The notes beneath the pieces were generated by a model. It did not search any database, was not told the DNA's origin, and was given only the letters and a program-made list of their open reading frames with translations. The position numbers and the translations under genes were made by a program. Source: an uncultured Actinomycetes bacterium (GTDB lineage: Bacteria > Actinomycetota > UBA4738 > HRBIN12). Taken from it: a DNA stretch of 64,000 nucleotides. Below are positions 1 to 10,202 of the stretch, piece by piece. The stretch lies in the NCBI GenBank assembly GCA_963794065.1, contig CAWCDA010000043.1:10576-74575 (forward strand). Reading direction: 5' to 3'. Every line of letters starts with the position of its first letter. Within the stretch, counting starts at the first letter, position 1.

Positions 1-3000
1 CGGCGCGAGCCCGGATACGTCATGGAGATCCCCGCCGACGCCCTCGATCTCGATCGCTTCGAGCGCCTCCGCCAACGCGGGCGCGCCGCTCTGGCGGCGA
101 ACGAACCCGCCGAAGCCGGCGCGTCGCTGAAGGAGGCTCTCGCACTGTGGCGTGGCGCCCCGCTGGCCGACTTCGCGTTCGATGAATTCGCCCGCTCGGA
201 GATCGATCGCCTCGAAAGCTTGAGACTCGAGACGACGGAGGATCGGATCGACGCGGATCTCGCGTCAGGCGAGCCCGTAGACGTCTCGGAGCTCCGTGGC
301 TTGGTCGAGGCGCACCCTTTCCGAGAACGGCTCCGCGCCGCCCTGATGCTCGCGTTGTACCGAGACGGCCGGCAGGCCGAGGCGCTCGAGGAATCACGTC
401 GCGCGCGGGCGCTGCTGGCCGACGAGCTCGGCATCGATCCGGGTCCGCGCCTCGTCGAGCTCGAGACGGCGATCCTCGCCCAGGACCCCGCGCTCATCCC
501 CAGTGCAACGACGGAAGCGCCGCCAGGGGCGACGGAGGCGCCACGGGCGCCGGTCGGCCCGTCGCGCAGGATCGTCTCCGTCCTCGTCGCGACGCTTGTT
601 CCGGAGCGAACCGACGGCGGGCCGATCGATCCAGAGGCCAGGTCGTCGAGCACCGACGGCGCGGCGGTGACGGTGATGCAGATCCTCGAGCGCCACGGCG
701 CCACCGCGAACCGGAGCGGTCGCGAGCTCGAGGCCATCTTCGGTCACCCGCTTGCGCACGAGGACGACGCCATGCGCGCGGTCCGCGCTGCGAACGAGAT
801 CGCGGAGGCGCTCGCAGCGACCGACACGAACGATCCGGGGACGGGCGTCGCGGTCCTCGCGCGGGTGGGGATCCACACCGCAGAGGTCGTTATCGAGGGA
901 GGCGAGGCGTCTGTCATCGATGCGATACAGCCGGCCCGCACGATCGCTGCTCACGCGGGTCGCGGCACCGCGGTCCTGGATGCCGACACCTACGCCCTGG
1001 TCCGCGACGCGGTGAGGGGTGAACCGACGGGTGAAGGAGGCGCGGTGATCCTGCGGTCCGTCGACCGACGACCCGGCGCCCTCGGTGTGGCGCGGCGGAT
1101 CGATTCCCCCATGGTCGGACGCGCGTCGGAGCTCGCCGAGCTCGAACGGACCTTCGAGCGCGTCGCGAGCGAGCGTGCGTGCCGGCTCGTCACCGTGTCC
1201 GGCGAGGCGGGCATCGGGAAGACGCGGCTCGTCGACGAGTTCGCGCGACGGGTGGCCGACTCGTCCCTCGTCCTGGTCGGGCGGTGCCTCTCCTACGGCG
1301 ACGCCATCACGTACTGGCCCATCGCGGAGGTCGTGCGGGACGTCGCCGGGATCCTGGATGGCGACGACGCCTCGGATGCGCGTCGCAAACTCCTCGCGCG
1401 CTTGCCGGCGACCGAGGACCGGGAGCGCATCGTCGACGCCTTATCGCAGATCCTCGGGGTCGCCGACGCGCCACTTACGGAGGGCGAATCGTCGTGGTCG
1501 GTCCGCCGGTTCCTCGAGGGGATGGCGTCGGAGGGAACGGTCGTGCTCATCGTTGAGGACATCCACTGGGCCGAGCCCACCCTGCTCGACCTGCTTGAGA
1601 CGATCGCTGACTGGCTGCGTGACACACCATTGCTCGTCGTCTGCACGGCGCGGGTGGAGATCTTCGAGCGCCGGCCGGGGTGGGAGGAGGGCGCCCCGAC
1701 GCGGCGGTCCTCGCCGTCCGCCCCCTCTCGCGCGCGGACACGGACCTGTTGATCCGGAACCTCGTCCGGCATCCGGGGCTCGATGCGGACGCCAAGGAGC
1801 GGGTCGCTCAGGCCGCCGAGGGCAACCCGTTATTCGTGGAACAGCTCCTCTCGATGTGGATCGACGAGGGCTACCTCCGGCAAGAGGGCGACGCATGGTC
1901 ATTCGCCGCCGACCTCAAGGGGGCGTCGTTGCCGACCAGCGTGCAGATGTTGCTGACGGCGCGGCTGGATCGGCTCCCGGCCCCCGAGCGATCGATCCTC
2001 GAGATCGCGTCCGTGATCGGCCGTGCCTTCGACGCGGCTGCGGTGGGGGCGCTCACGGATGGCGGGGCAGGAGGTGACGTCGTGGCGAGCCTCGGCGAGC
2101 TCGTCCGCAAGGACCTGATCCGTCCCGAACGCGGGCCGGGAGGCGATGCCTTCCGGTTCCGACACGTCCTGATCATGCAGGCGGCCTACGAGATGTTGCC
2201 GAAGGCCAGACGCTCGGAGCTGCACCTCGCGGTCGCGGATCAGCTGGTCGCCAGCGCGGGCGATCGCACCGCCGGGTATGACGAGATCATCGGCGATCAC
2301 CTGGCGCGGGCGGCGGGGTATCGCGCCGAGCTCGGCCCCATCGACGACGAACTCCGTGAATTGCGAACCCGGGCAGGCGAGCGACTCGCGGCGGGTGCGG
2401 CCCGCGCCTTCGCGCGCGGGGACATGCCGGCGGCAGCCACACTGTACGGCTCGGCCGTCTCGCTGCTCGACCCAGATGATCCGAAGCGATTGAACGCCCT
2501 GCCGGATCTGGGGAACGCGCTGATCGAGATCGGCAAGCTCGAAGAAGCAGAGCGCACCTTCGAAGAGGCCATCGATCGAGGAAACGCCCAAGGGCTGCTA
2601 CGGGTCGTCGCCGACGCCGTGCTGTTCCAGTTCGAGTCACAGCTCTGGGGTGCTCGCACGGAGCAGGCCGCCGCCTCTGCCGAACGTGCGCGGGCGCTCA
2701 TCGCCCAGGGTGAGGCAGCGCACGACGACGTCGTTCAGCAGCGTGGATGGAGCGTGCTCGGGATCTGGGCTGAGACGTGCGAGGAGCAGACCGAGCACAC
2801 GATGCGAGCGATGCAGTTCGCGGAGCGTGCAGGCGATCGGAAGGGGCTCAACGAGAACATGCAGATGATGTCGGGCCTGTTGCAGAGCGGCCCGACGCGC
2901 GTCGAGGAAGGCTTGCGGATCGCAGACGGGTACCGGCAGCGGACGACCGGGGATCCCGTCATGCAGGCCGCCATTATCGTCAACGCCGAGGCGGGGCTCC

Positions 3001-3602
3001 TCGCGATGTCCGGGCGGATCGACGAGGCGCGCGAGGCGTACGGTTGGGCGCGTGCCACCTTCCGAGAACTTGCCTTGCCGCTGTGGCTGTACGCCAGCGG
3101 GACGATCGGGCCGAGCTGGTCGGAGCTCAGGGCGGGTGACCCGAGCCGAGCCGAGGAGATGCTCGTCGAGGGGATCGAGGGTCTGGAACGCATCAGCCCG
3201 CAGGGATCGTGGCTGGCGCTGGACACTGAGCTCTTGGTGGAAGCCCTCGTACAGCTCCGACGCGTGGCCGACGCAGAGGCGGGCATCGCGCGGCTCGAAG
3301 GCCTGACCCGTTCACACGTCGACAGGGAAGACGCCGGGCTCCTCTCGGTTCGCGGTCAGGTGGCGATGCTGCGTGGAGATGCGTCGGCAGCCGTCGATCT
3401 CTTTCGCAGCAGTCTGGAGCGTGCGGGAACCGGTTGGCTTCCGTTCCTCGGCGACGTCCATCGGTTCTTGGCGGAGGCGCTGCGGAAGGGCGGCCGAGGA
3501 CCGGAGGCGATCATCGTCGCGCGCGAGGCCCTCGAGATCTATCGGACGAAGGGCGACGTCGTGTCGGTCGGCCGCGTCGAGGCGTTCCTCGACGGGGCCT
3601 GA
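1..3602 (+). pseudogene. SARP/BTAD, cyclase-homology, AAA+/STAND NTPase and TPR transcriptional regulator. The 5' end lies outside the window and the frame is broken near 1680.
   Basis: Frame 1 (ORF 22..1752, open back to base 1: PGYVMEIPADALDLDRFERL) gives BTAD helices, a class III cyclase-like block (VSVLVATLV...VGIHTAEV) and the Walker A motif SGEAGIGKTRL. Frame 3 (ORF 1680..3602) continues the same NTPase (LAVRPLSRADTDLLIRNL, AEGNPLFVEQLL) and then TPR-like helices. The NTPase domain is split mid-way, so this is one gene with an indel. Confidence 0.8.
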
Positions 3603-3627
3603 CGCCGAACGCCAGATGCGCCCTCGT

Positions 3628-4908
3628 TCAGGCGCTCGCGCGGACGTCGTCCGCACGCGTTCCGGCGTCCTCATCGGCAGGGCGATCGAGATCGGCGAGC
3701 GAGGGCGCCCAGATCGTGAGCGCCGCGACGACGGCGTAGACGGCGCCGGTAGCCAGGAGCGTCGCACGCAGCCCGAACGCTTCGATCGCCGGACCCGCGA
3801 TGAGGACGCCGAGCGGCATCGCGATCCATGCCGCGGCGTTGCCCACGCCGAACACCCGACCCCGCATCCCATCGGGGACCCGTTCGAGGAAGACCGTGTC
3901 GATCACCGGGTTGATCGGTCCCGAGGCGAGGCCCGACAACCCCCTCGCGGCAAGCATGACGCTGAGCGGCGGGAACAGAGCCGCGATCGGATACCAGATC
4001 GCTGCGCCGGCGAAGCCCCACGTGAATACCGTGCGCCGCGACAGCCGCTCGCCGACGGCCGAGTATGCGAGCGCGCCCAGGACCGAGCCCGCCGCCGTGA
4101 CGCCGATCATCAGCCCCAGGCTCCATGCCGTGCCGTAGACCCGGATCGCGTAGACGGGCAGCGCCACGATCGCGACAGCGTCGAGCATGTTCGTGACGGT
4201 CACGACGACGGTCAGAACGAACAGGGCCCGCCGCTCGTAGAGGAACGCGAACCCTTCCTTGATCTCGCTCACGTAGTTGGTGCGCTCGCCCTGCTTGTGC
4301 ACCGGCGCCGTCGCCCGCGCCGGAACTCCGGCCGCGATCGCACCGGCCGAGAACAGGAAGGTGCCGGCGTCGATCCACAGCACATTCGTGGGACCGAAGA
4401 ACACGATCAGGAGCCCGGCGATCGGCGCCCCGGCGAGTCGGGCTGCGCGGTTCACCGCCGCGGCGGCGCCGCTCACGCGCTCGAGACTCCACCCAGCGGG
4501 CTCGGCGACCTCGGGGAGCATCGAGGCTCGAGCGGTGACGCCAGGGGCATCCAGCAAGGCGCCGAGGAACACGAGCAGCACGAGCTGCCAGAACGCCAGC
4601 CCGACGGTCGCATACAGCAACGGGATCGCGGCGACGGCTGCGAAGCTCGCGAGGTCGGCGATGATGCTGGCCAGCCGATAACCGAGCCGATCGACGTATG
4701 GGCCGCCGAACAGGCCCGAGATGATCACGGGCACGATGCCGGCAGCCGCCGTGATGCCAGTCTTCGACGCGCTACCCGTGGTCTGCAGCACGAACCACGG
4801 GATCGCGACCAGGGCCGCAGCGTTGCCGGCCATGGAGATCGCGTCAGCGGACAACATCGCCACGAGCGGCACGTGGGTGCGGTCCGACGTCCGGCTCCTC
4901 ACCGGCAT
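3628..4908 (-). CDS. MFS transporter (EntS/MFS_3-like exporter)
   Basis: The 426-aa ORF has about 12 hydrophobic segments and the MFS loop motif GGPYVDRLGYR after TM2. GC3 is high throughout. Confidence 0.8.
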   Translation of the reverse strand: MPVRSRTSDRTHVPLVAMLSADAISMAGNAAALVAIPWFVLQTTGSASKTGITAAAGIVPVIISGLFGGPYVDRLGYRLASIIADLASFAAVAAIPLLYATVGLAFWQLVLLVFLGALLDAPGVTARASMLPEVAEPAGWSLERVSGAAAAVNRAARLAGAPIAGLLIVFFGPTNVLWIDAGTFLFSAGAIAAGVPARATAPVHKQGERTNYVSEIKEGFAFLYERRALFVLTVVVTVTNMLDAVAIVALPVYAIRVYGTAWSLGLMIGVTAAGSVLGALAYSAVGERLSRRTVFTWGFAGAAIWYPIAALFPPLSVMLAARGLSGLASGPINPVIDTVFLERVPDGMRGRVFGVGNAAAWIAMPLGVLIAGPAIEAFGLRATLLATGAVYAVVAALTIWAPSLADLDRPADEDAGTRADDVRASA

Positions 4909-5208
4909 GAGGCTAGCTGGGTTCGCCGATCCATGCTCACACCTCGCAGAACCTTGATGACGGTGGAGGCCCGACTCATGTGATCGCTGTGGCGCGGGAT
5001 AGAGACGTGACAGGCACCCATCGGGAGGGGCTCAACTATGTACTGGCCCACCCGCATTGCGGAATCAGCTCATAAGGGGGATAGGTACATCGGCCGATGT
5101 GGGGACATTAGGCCAGATGGGTGATGCAACACCACTCGTGCGACCTTTGACATCGAGTCGTAGAGCTTCAAGATTGGTAACTGAGAACACACGACTCAGG
5201 GGTCCGCC

Positions 5209-6303
5209 GTGGAAGATCCATATCAGGCGCAAGGCGACGACGTCCGTCTCGACGCGCCCACTCCTGTCGTCCGTGTCGTTCTAGCGGAACCCGAGGCGCC
5301 GGGTCCTCTTCAATACCTGCTCGAGGCAGAGGGCTTCCGCGTCGTCGGATCTGCTTCGAACGAACTCGAATTGGATCGCGTTCTCCAGCAGGATGTGGAT
5401 CCCGACGTCATCGTGCTCGACACGGAGATCAGCATCGCCTCGGTGGCGGTCGCGCGCGAGCGAGCCCCTGCGGCACACGTGATCGTTGTCTGGCCGGATG
5501 CCGTTCTGGCGCCGACGGGAACCGAGCGGATCTCGCCATGGCTCGTCTACGAGCTCCTCGGGCCGAGCATCCGGGCGCGCTCGCGCCGGCCCAAACCGTC
5601 GGTCGAGGCAGCGGCATCGGAGCGACCGCCGGCGTACGCGGAGGCGTTGGCTGCGAGTGCTGCAGCACCTGCTGTGGGTCGACGCGTCGCCTCGCGAGTC
5701 ACGCTGACGTCGGTCCTACTCGCGGCATTGATCGTGGCGACGATGGGGGCTGCGTTCGCCCTCGACAGCTTGCACATCTCGCCCGCGCTCAACCTGCTTC
5801 GTCGAGGTTCGTCGTCGCCACCGATCGCCGTCACGCACACGTCCGTGCCAACGCCGGGCGTCAGTCACCCGTCGCCTGATCCTCACGGGTCGAAGTCCCA
5901 AGCCTGCGTCGCGGCGCGCGACCATGGGACCCCGAACGGCCACGCGTCGAGCCGGGCGCGCGACGATCGGGCGTGTTCCACGGGCCGCGACGGACACGGT
6001 CACCAGCCGCCAACACATCCCGACCGCGGTCATCACGGGCACGGAAAGCCGCAGAGCCCCGGACACGGTCAGCCTTCGCCCGGCAACGGGAGAGGCTCTC
6101 ACGGCGGCGGAGGCTCAAACGGCGGTGGCTCCAACGGGAACGGTGGCTCCAACGGGAACGGCGGCTCCAACGGGAACGGCGGCTCCAACGGGAACGGCGG
6201 CGGCAGCAGCGAACATCCGCACGGACCACCCGCCGATCCTCCTGGACACCAGCCCTCTCCGCCGGCGAACGGGCATGGCCCGCACGGTCACTCCGACGCC
6301 TGA
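5209..6303 (+). CDS. Receiver-like domain, single TM segment and His/Gly/Pro/Asn-rich low-complexity tail
   Basis: The GTG-start ORF is 364 aa. The N-terminus resembles a CheY-like receiver (VVRVVLAEPE...VIVLDTEISI...VIVVWPD). One TM segment follows (VTLTSVLLAALIVATMGAAFAL). The C-terminal ~150 aa are rich in H, G, P and S and contain (GSNGNG)n. GC3 of the repeat favours this strand. Confidence 0.6.
   Translation: MEDPYQAQGDDVRLDAPTPVVRVVLAEPEAPGPLQYLLEAEGFRVVGSASNELELDRVLQQDVDPDVIVLDTEISIASVAVARERAPAAHVIVVWPDAVLAPTGTERISPWLVYELLGPSIRARSRRPKPSVEAAASERPPAYAEALAASAAAPAVGRRVASRVTLTSVLLAALIVATMGAAFALDSLHISPALNLLRRGSSSPPIAVTHTSVPTPGVSHPSPDPHGSKSQACVAARDHGTPNGHASSRARDDRACSTGRDGHGHQPPTHPDRGHHGHGKPQSPGHGQPSPGNGRGSHGGGGSNGGGSNGNGGSNGNGGSNGNGGSNGNGGGSSEHPHGPPADPPGHQPSPPANGHGPHGHSDA
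6112..6198 (+). repeat. 18-bp tandem repeat GGCTCCAACGGGAACGGY, four near-perfect copies plus one degenerate 15-bp copy
   Basis: Read directly: 6127-6144, 6145-6162, 6163-6180 and 6181-6198 are identical except for one wobble base. 6112-6126 is a degenerate copy. The repeat encodes GSNGNG units in the 5209..6303 gene. Confidence 0.95.
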
Positions 6304-6326
6304 GAGCCGAAGGTCCGCCCTTGCGC

Positions 6327-7293
6327 CTAGTGTCCTGACGGCTGCGATCCCCAGTCGATGCCCCGCGGTGCGGCCGGGCAGCGACGCGATCAGGGTGCGG
6401 TCAGACCCATCGGGACGCATCTTCATGAGCCTGTAGGTGCCGGTGTTGTCGTTCTGGATCCTGAACGCGAGCCAGCGTCCGTCAGGCGAGTAGGTCCCGG
6501 AGAGTGCGCCGACGCCGGATCGATCAATGTGCGTCAGGATCCGCATGTGCGTGCCGTCGGGTCTGATGGTGGCCACGTTGGAGGAGTGGCCATCGGGGGC
6601 ATCGCCATACACCGTAAAGAAGATGTGATTGCCCCGAGGGGCCCAGTCGTTCTTCAAGGCCACCTCGAACGCGTAGGGAACGATCATCCGCAGGCCGCTG
6701 CCGTTCACGTTGATCGCGAATATCCCCTGTAGGGTCTCGAGCTTCTTCGCACGGACGAAACTCACGGTCCTTCCATCTGGCGAGACGGCCGGACCGGTGT
6801 CGCCCTGGAACGGGCTCTTCGTAAGGCGCCGCTCGTTGGTCCCGTCATCGCGGCTCACGAACAGCCCCTGCGACGAGCAGTCGCAGGCGTACACGATGTG
6901 GCGGCTCCCGGGGATGAAGTCAGGGTGCTCGCGGAAGCCCGAGTTCGTGAGATCACGGAAATGGCTCCCGTCTGAATGCATGATCGCGAGGTTCGAGGCG
7001 GTGCCCTCGTTGACATCGTCCGCGAACAAGATCATGCGACCCTTCGGCGACCAGTCGGGATAGAGCGCCTCGCCGCTGGCGCTGGTCAGCTTGCGGAGAC
7101 CGGTTCCGTCGCGCTTGATGCTGTAGATCTCGGCCCCGGAACCCTTGTCCATCGCGAACGCGATGCGGCCGTTCTTGCCGGGGGTGGTCGCGTGCGCCGG
7201 CAACCCACCAGCCGTGACCAACGTCATCGCCGCGATCACAGCCATCAAGAGGATGGAACGGGTAGGCCGGCGTTTCGGCATGCGTGCGCTCAT
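6327..7293 (-). pseudogene. Secreted PD40/TolB-like beta-propeller protein, frame broken near its 3' end (about 6360-6385)
   Basis: There is a signal peptide (MSARMPKRRPTRSILLMAVIAAMTLVTAGGLPAHA) and repeated PD40 motifs (GRIAF, YPDWSPKG, SPDGR). The listed ORF runs on to 6115 through non-coding-looking sequence. An alternative frame gives the family-typical ending GIDWGSQPSGH with a stop at 6327-6329. Compare the paralogue ending STPDWGPVPR. Confidence 0.7.
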
Positions 7294-7438
7294 CGAGCTT
7301 CTTCCCCCCGTGTCGACGTGTCCTATCCCCGTACAGACACGACGAGCACGAAAGGTTCATGTCTGGAGGTGGGGCGGCGCACGAGTGGGCCCCGCCCTCG
7401 CCGCCGACATCGCGGTAGCGTGCGTATGGAGGCAGTCA

Positions 7439-8447
7439 ATGGCGATGGTCCCGGGTGCGACGTTCCGCACGATCGATGAGGCGAAGCCTGGGCCGAAGAT
7501 GGCCGCGATCTTCACCGAGCGAGCGGCCGCGTACGCCACCTGGTACCTCCAGGACGGAGACGAGTTCCGCCCCTCGGCAGCCGAAGGCCTCGATGCGCTC
7601 CGGACGCACATGCCAGAGCTGGTCCCGATCTACGAGGCCATGGTGCGCGATGTCGGGGGACAGGACCCGATCGCGGAGCGGATGTTCACGATGTGGCGCC
7701 CACCCGGCGCGGCGATCGCCTGCTCGCAGGCCGTGCTCCAGGTGGGTGGGCGCGGGCCTCGGCTGGTACGCAACTACGACTATCCCGCCGAGCTGATGGA
7801 CGCGGTCATCTTGCGCTCGAAGTTCGGCGATCGGCAGGTGATCGGCATGACAGACGCAGTGTGGGGCCTCTGCGATGGCATGAACGATCGTGGGCTGGCT
7901 GTTTCGCTCACCTTCGGCGGCCGCGCTTCGCTGGGGCTTGGGTTCGGCGTTCCGCTGGTGGTTCGGTATCTGCTCGAGGTGTGCGACACGGTCACCGACG
8001 CCCGGGAGGTGCTCGCCCGGCATGCCAGTCGCGCACACGCACAACCTGACGATCGCGGACGCCGGGGGCGACGTGATCACGGCGTACCTGAACCCGGACC
8101 GGCCGGTCTCGTTCCGGCGGCTGCCCATCGCCGTGAACCATCAGTGGTCGGTTGAGTCATGGGACCCCGTGCTGGCCGAGAGCACGCTGCAGCGAGAGTG
8201 GTGGTTGCTCCGGTTGCTCGACGATCCCGACGTCGATCACGAGCGGTTCCTGGCCGCGTTCCTCGTGCCGCCGCTCTACAGCCTGGCCCATGACGTCGGG
8301 AGGGGCACCGTGTGGACCGGCGTCTACGATCCTCAAGAGGGAGACATCACCTACGTGTGGCCCACACTGAGAGTCCCAGTGCGCTTCGACCGGTTCGAAG
8401 AGGGCCTCCATCCCGTGACCTACCCGCCGTCGCCACCCTCGGTCTGA
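7439..8447 (+). pseudogene. C45-family (acyl-CoA:6-APA acyltransferase-like) Ntn hydrolase, frame broken near 8010-8024
   Basis: ORF 7145..8155 from its internal ATG at 7439 gives MAMVPGATF...IACSQAVL...RNYDYP...GMNDRGLAVSLTFGG...DAREVLAR. ORF 7890..8447 continues with MPVAHTHNLTIADAGGDVITAYL. The two halves belong to one fold but sit in different frames. Confidence 0.6.
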
Positions 8448-8455
8448 ACCCTCGT

Positions 8456-9457
8456 CTATCGGGGGACCGGACCCCAGTCCGGTGTGCTCTCAAAGACATC
8501 CGGTGTCTTCCGGACGACGCGAAGACCGGAGCCGTCGAGGTTCATGACGACGATGTCGGGATTCGTCCCGAGGCCAAGGTTGTGCGAGACGGTGATCTTG
8601 GTCCCGTCGGGTGAGAAGGAGTACGAGCCCCACTGGTGAACGTGAGCCGGGGAGGCGGTGATCTTGTGCAGGCCGGTGCCGTTCGGGTGGACGAGATACA
8701 GATTGTCCTGCCGGTCCTGATCTTGATGGGAGCTGAACAGGATCCATCGGCCATCCGGCGACCAGTCTGCCCCTCCGCCCGCGTGGAGCCTCCAGGGCGT
8801 CAATCGGCGCAGGTGTGTTCCGTTCAATCGGACGCTGAACACCGCAGCCCCGCGGTTGCTGCCTCCGTCGAAGAGGAGACGCTTTCCGTCGGGGGAATAC
8901 CGCGGGTACTGCCCGCCAAGAGCAGCCGTCCCCGGCACCTCGCGGCCGTGTGTCCCGTCAGCACGCATCACATAGATGGCTACGAGACCGGCATCGTCGT
9001 CGAACCGAGTGAACGCGATCCGCTTCCCGTCCGGAGACCAGGCCGGATAGAGATCCTGGGCGCAGTTGCCCGGAACGCAGACGTGGTGGCTCAGGCGCGT
9101 CAGGTGCGACCCGTTGGCCCGCACCTTGTAGAGCCTCGGCGGCTTGCACGAACAGGCGATGCCGGCCTCCCGGGTGAAGGCGATCCATCTCCCGTCCGGC
9201 GACCAATCCGGCTCCGTGTCCAGGATGGTCTTGCCTCGATGCGTCAGCTGCCTGAGCCCGGAGCCATCCCGACGAACCGTGAAGATCGCGCCGTGCGTGT
9301 GCGCCTCGTTGAAGTACACGCGAAACGCGATCCGTCCGTTCTCTCCGGGTGCCGTTGCCCGTGCGGGCATTGCGATCCCCGTCGCCGACATCGTCCCGAC
9401 GAGAAGGGCGAGCGGGAACACCCATCGGTATGCGCGACGCCTACGGGTTCGATCCAT
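8456..9457 (-). CDS. Secreted PD40/TolB-like beta-propeller protein
   Basis: The 333-aa ORF has a signal peptide (YRWVFPLALLVGTMSATGIAMPARA) and repeated motifs GRIAF, PDWSPDGRWIAF, PAWSPDGKRIAF, YSPDGKRLLF and DWSPDGRWILF. Confidence 0.85.
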   Translation of the reverse strand: MDRTRRRRAYRWVFPLALLVGTMSATGIAMPARATAPGENGRIAFRVYFNEAHTHGAIFTVRRDGSGLRQLTHRGKTILDTEPDWSPDGRWIAFTREAGIACSCKPPRLYKVRANGSHLTRLSHHVCVPGNCAQDLYPAWSPDGKRIAFTRFDDDAGLVAIYVMRADGTHGREVPGTAALGGQYPRYSPDGKRLLFDGGSNRGAAVFSVRLNGTHLRRLTPWRLHAGGGADWSPDGRWILFSSHQDQDRQDNLYLVHPNGTGLHKITASPAHVHQWGSYSFSPDGTKITVSHNLGLGTNPDIVVMNLDGSGLRVVRKTPDVFESTPDWGPVPR

Positions 9458-9500
9458 ACCTGCTCACAGGCTCGGGGGATCGAGAAGGTTCAACCGGTCG

Positions 9501-10202
9501 TCACGACACGCGCTGCCAGGTAGTCACGGCGTAGTTACCGACAGCCCACGCGAAATGCTCCATGCACATGCCGTTGCAAGGATCGGGCAACACCGCATCG
9601 AACCTCAACGTGTCGGCGTCGACCGTGTAGCGGAGGGTCGCGATCGGCTGGCCCGCCCTTCCCAGGACGATGTAGATGTCGTGAGGGCGCAGCTCGAAGC
9701 ACCGACAATGGTCTGCCACGCGCTGGCCTTGGAGCGTGAGAATCATGCCGTTCGGCGCGAACGTGTGGGTTCGAACGAACTGCTTGGCACCTTGACAGGG
9801 ATCTCCGCTGTTCGCCGGCCGCACGGAGTGTTGCAGCCCGTCGTTCACGAGCCATCGTGCGGCGAGATCACCGATCCCCGCCCGCTGGAAACCCTGGACG
9901 AACCCCTCGCACGTGTACTCGCTTCGCCAGGTCCCCAAGATCTGTGGAGGGGAGGTGCCGTTGAACGGCGACGGGGTTGTGGCCGGTTGAGGGCCTCGAC
10001 GTGTCGTCAGATCGAGCAGCCGGGGCGCCATCACGACTGCCACGACGATCGTCGCTCCGACCGCAACGCCTGAGAGCGTTCGCCGGAGGACGATTCGTCG
10101 ACGCCCCCGTCGACGTGCATCTCGCAGGCGTGGCTCCGTGTCGACATCGATGCTCGACATCGACCGCTGGAGGCGTTCGCGCAGCCTATCGTCGATCGCC
10201 AT
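9501..10202 (-). CDS. Single-pass membrane protein with a Cys-rich extracytoplasmic domain, putative anti-sigma partner
   Basis: The 233-aa ORF overlaps the 3' end of the ECF sigma gene by 17 nt. It has one TM segment (LSGVAVGATIVVAVVMAP). No recognisable HxxxCxxC anti-sigma motif is present, so the role is inferred from position only. Confidence 0.4.
   Translation of the reverse strand: MAIDDRLRERLQRSMSSIDVDTEPRLRDARRRGRRRIVLRRTLSGVAVGATIVVAVVMAPRLLDLTTRRGPQPATTPSPFNGTSPPQILGTWRSEYTCEGFVQGFQRAGIGDLAARWLVNDGLQHSVRPANSGDPCQGAKQFVRTHTFAPNGMILTLQGQRVADHCRCFELRPHDIYIVLGRAGQPIATLRYTVDADTLRFDAVLPDPCNGMCMEHFAWAVGNYAVTTWQRVS

Noticed and set aside
6112-6198. Reading the 18-bp repeat on the minus strand as (AVPVG)n, the C-terminus of the PD40 protein.
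   Set aside because: Third-position GC is poor in that frame and perfect in the plus-strand GSNGNG frame. A family-typical DWG ending with a stop is available one frame over at 6327.
7294-7438. GC-rich imperfect hairpin (GGGGCGG...CCCGCCC) between PD40 gene 1 and the C45 gene.
   Set aside because: The arms are not truly complementary when written out. The flanking genes are divergent, so a terminator is not expected here.
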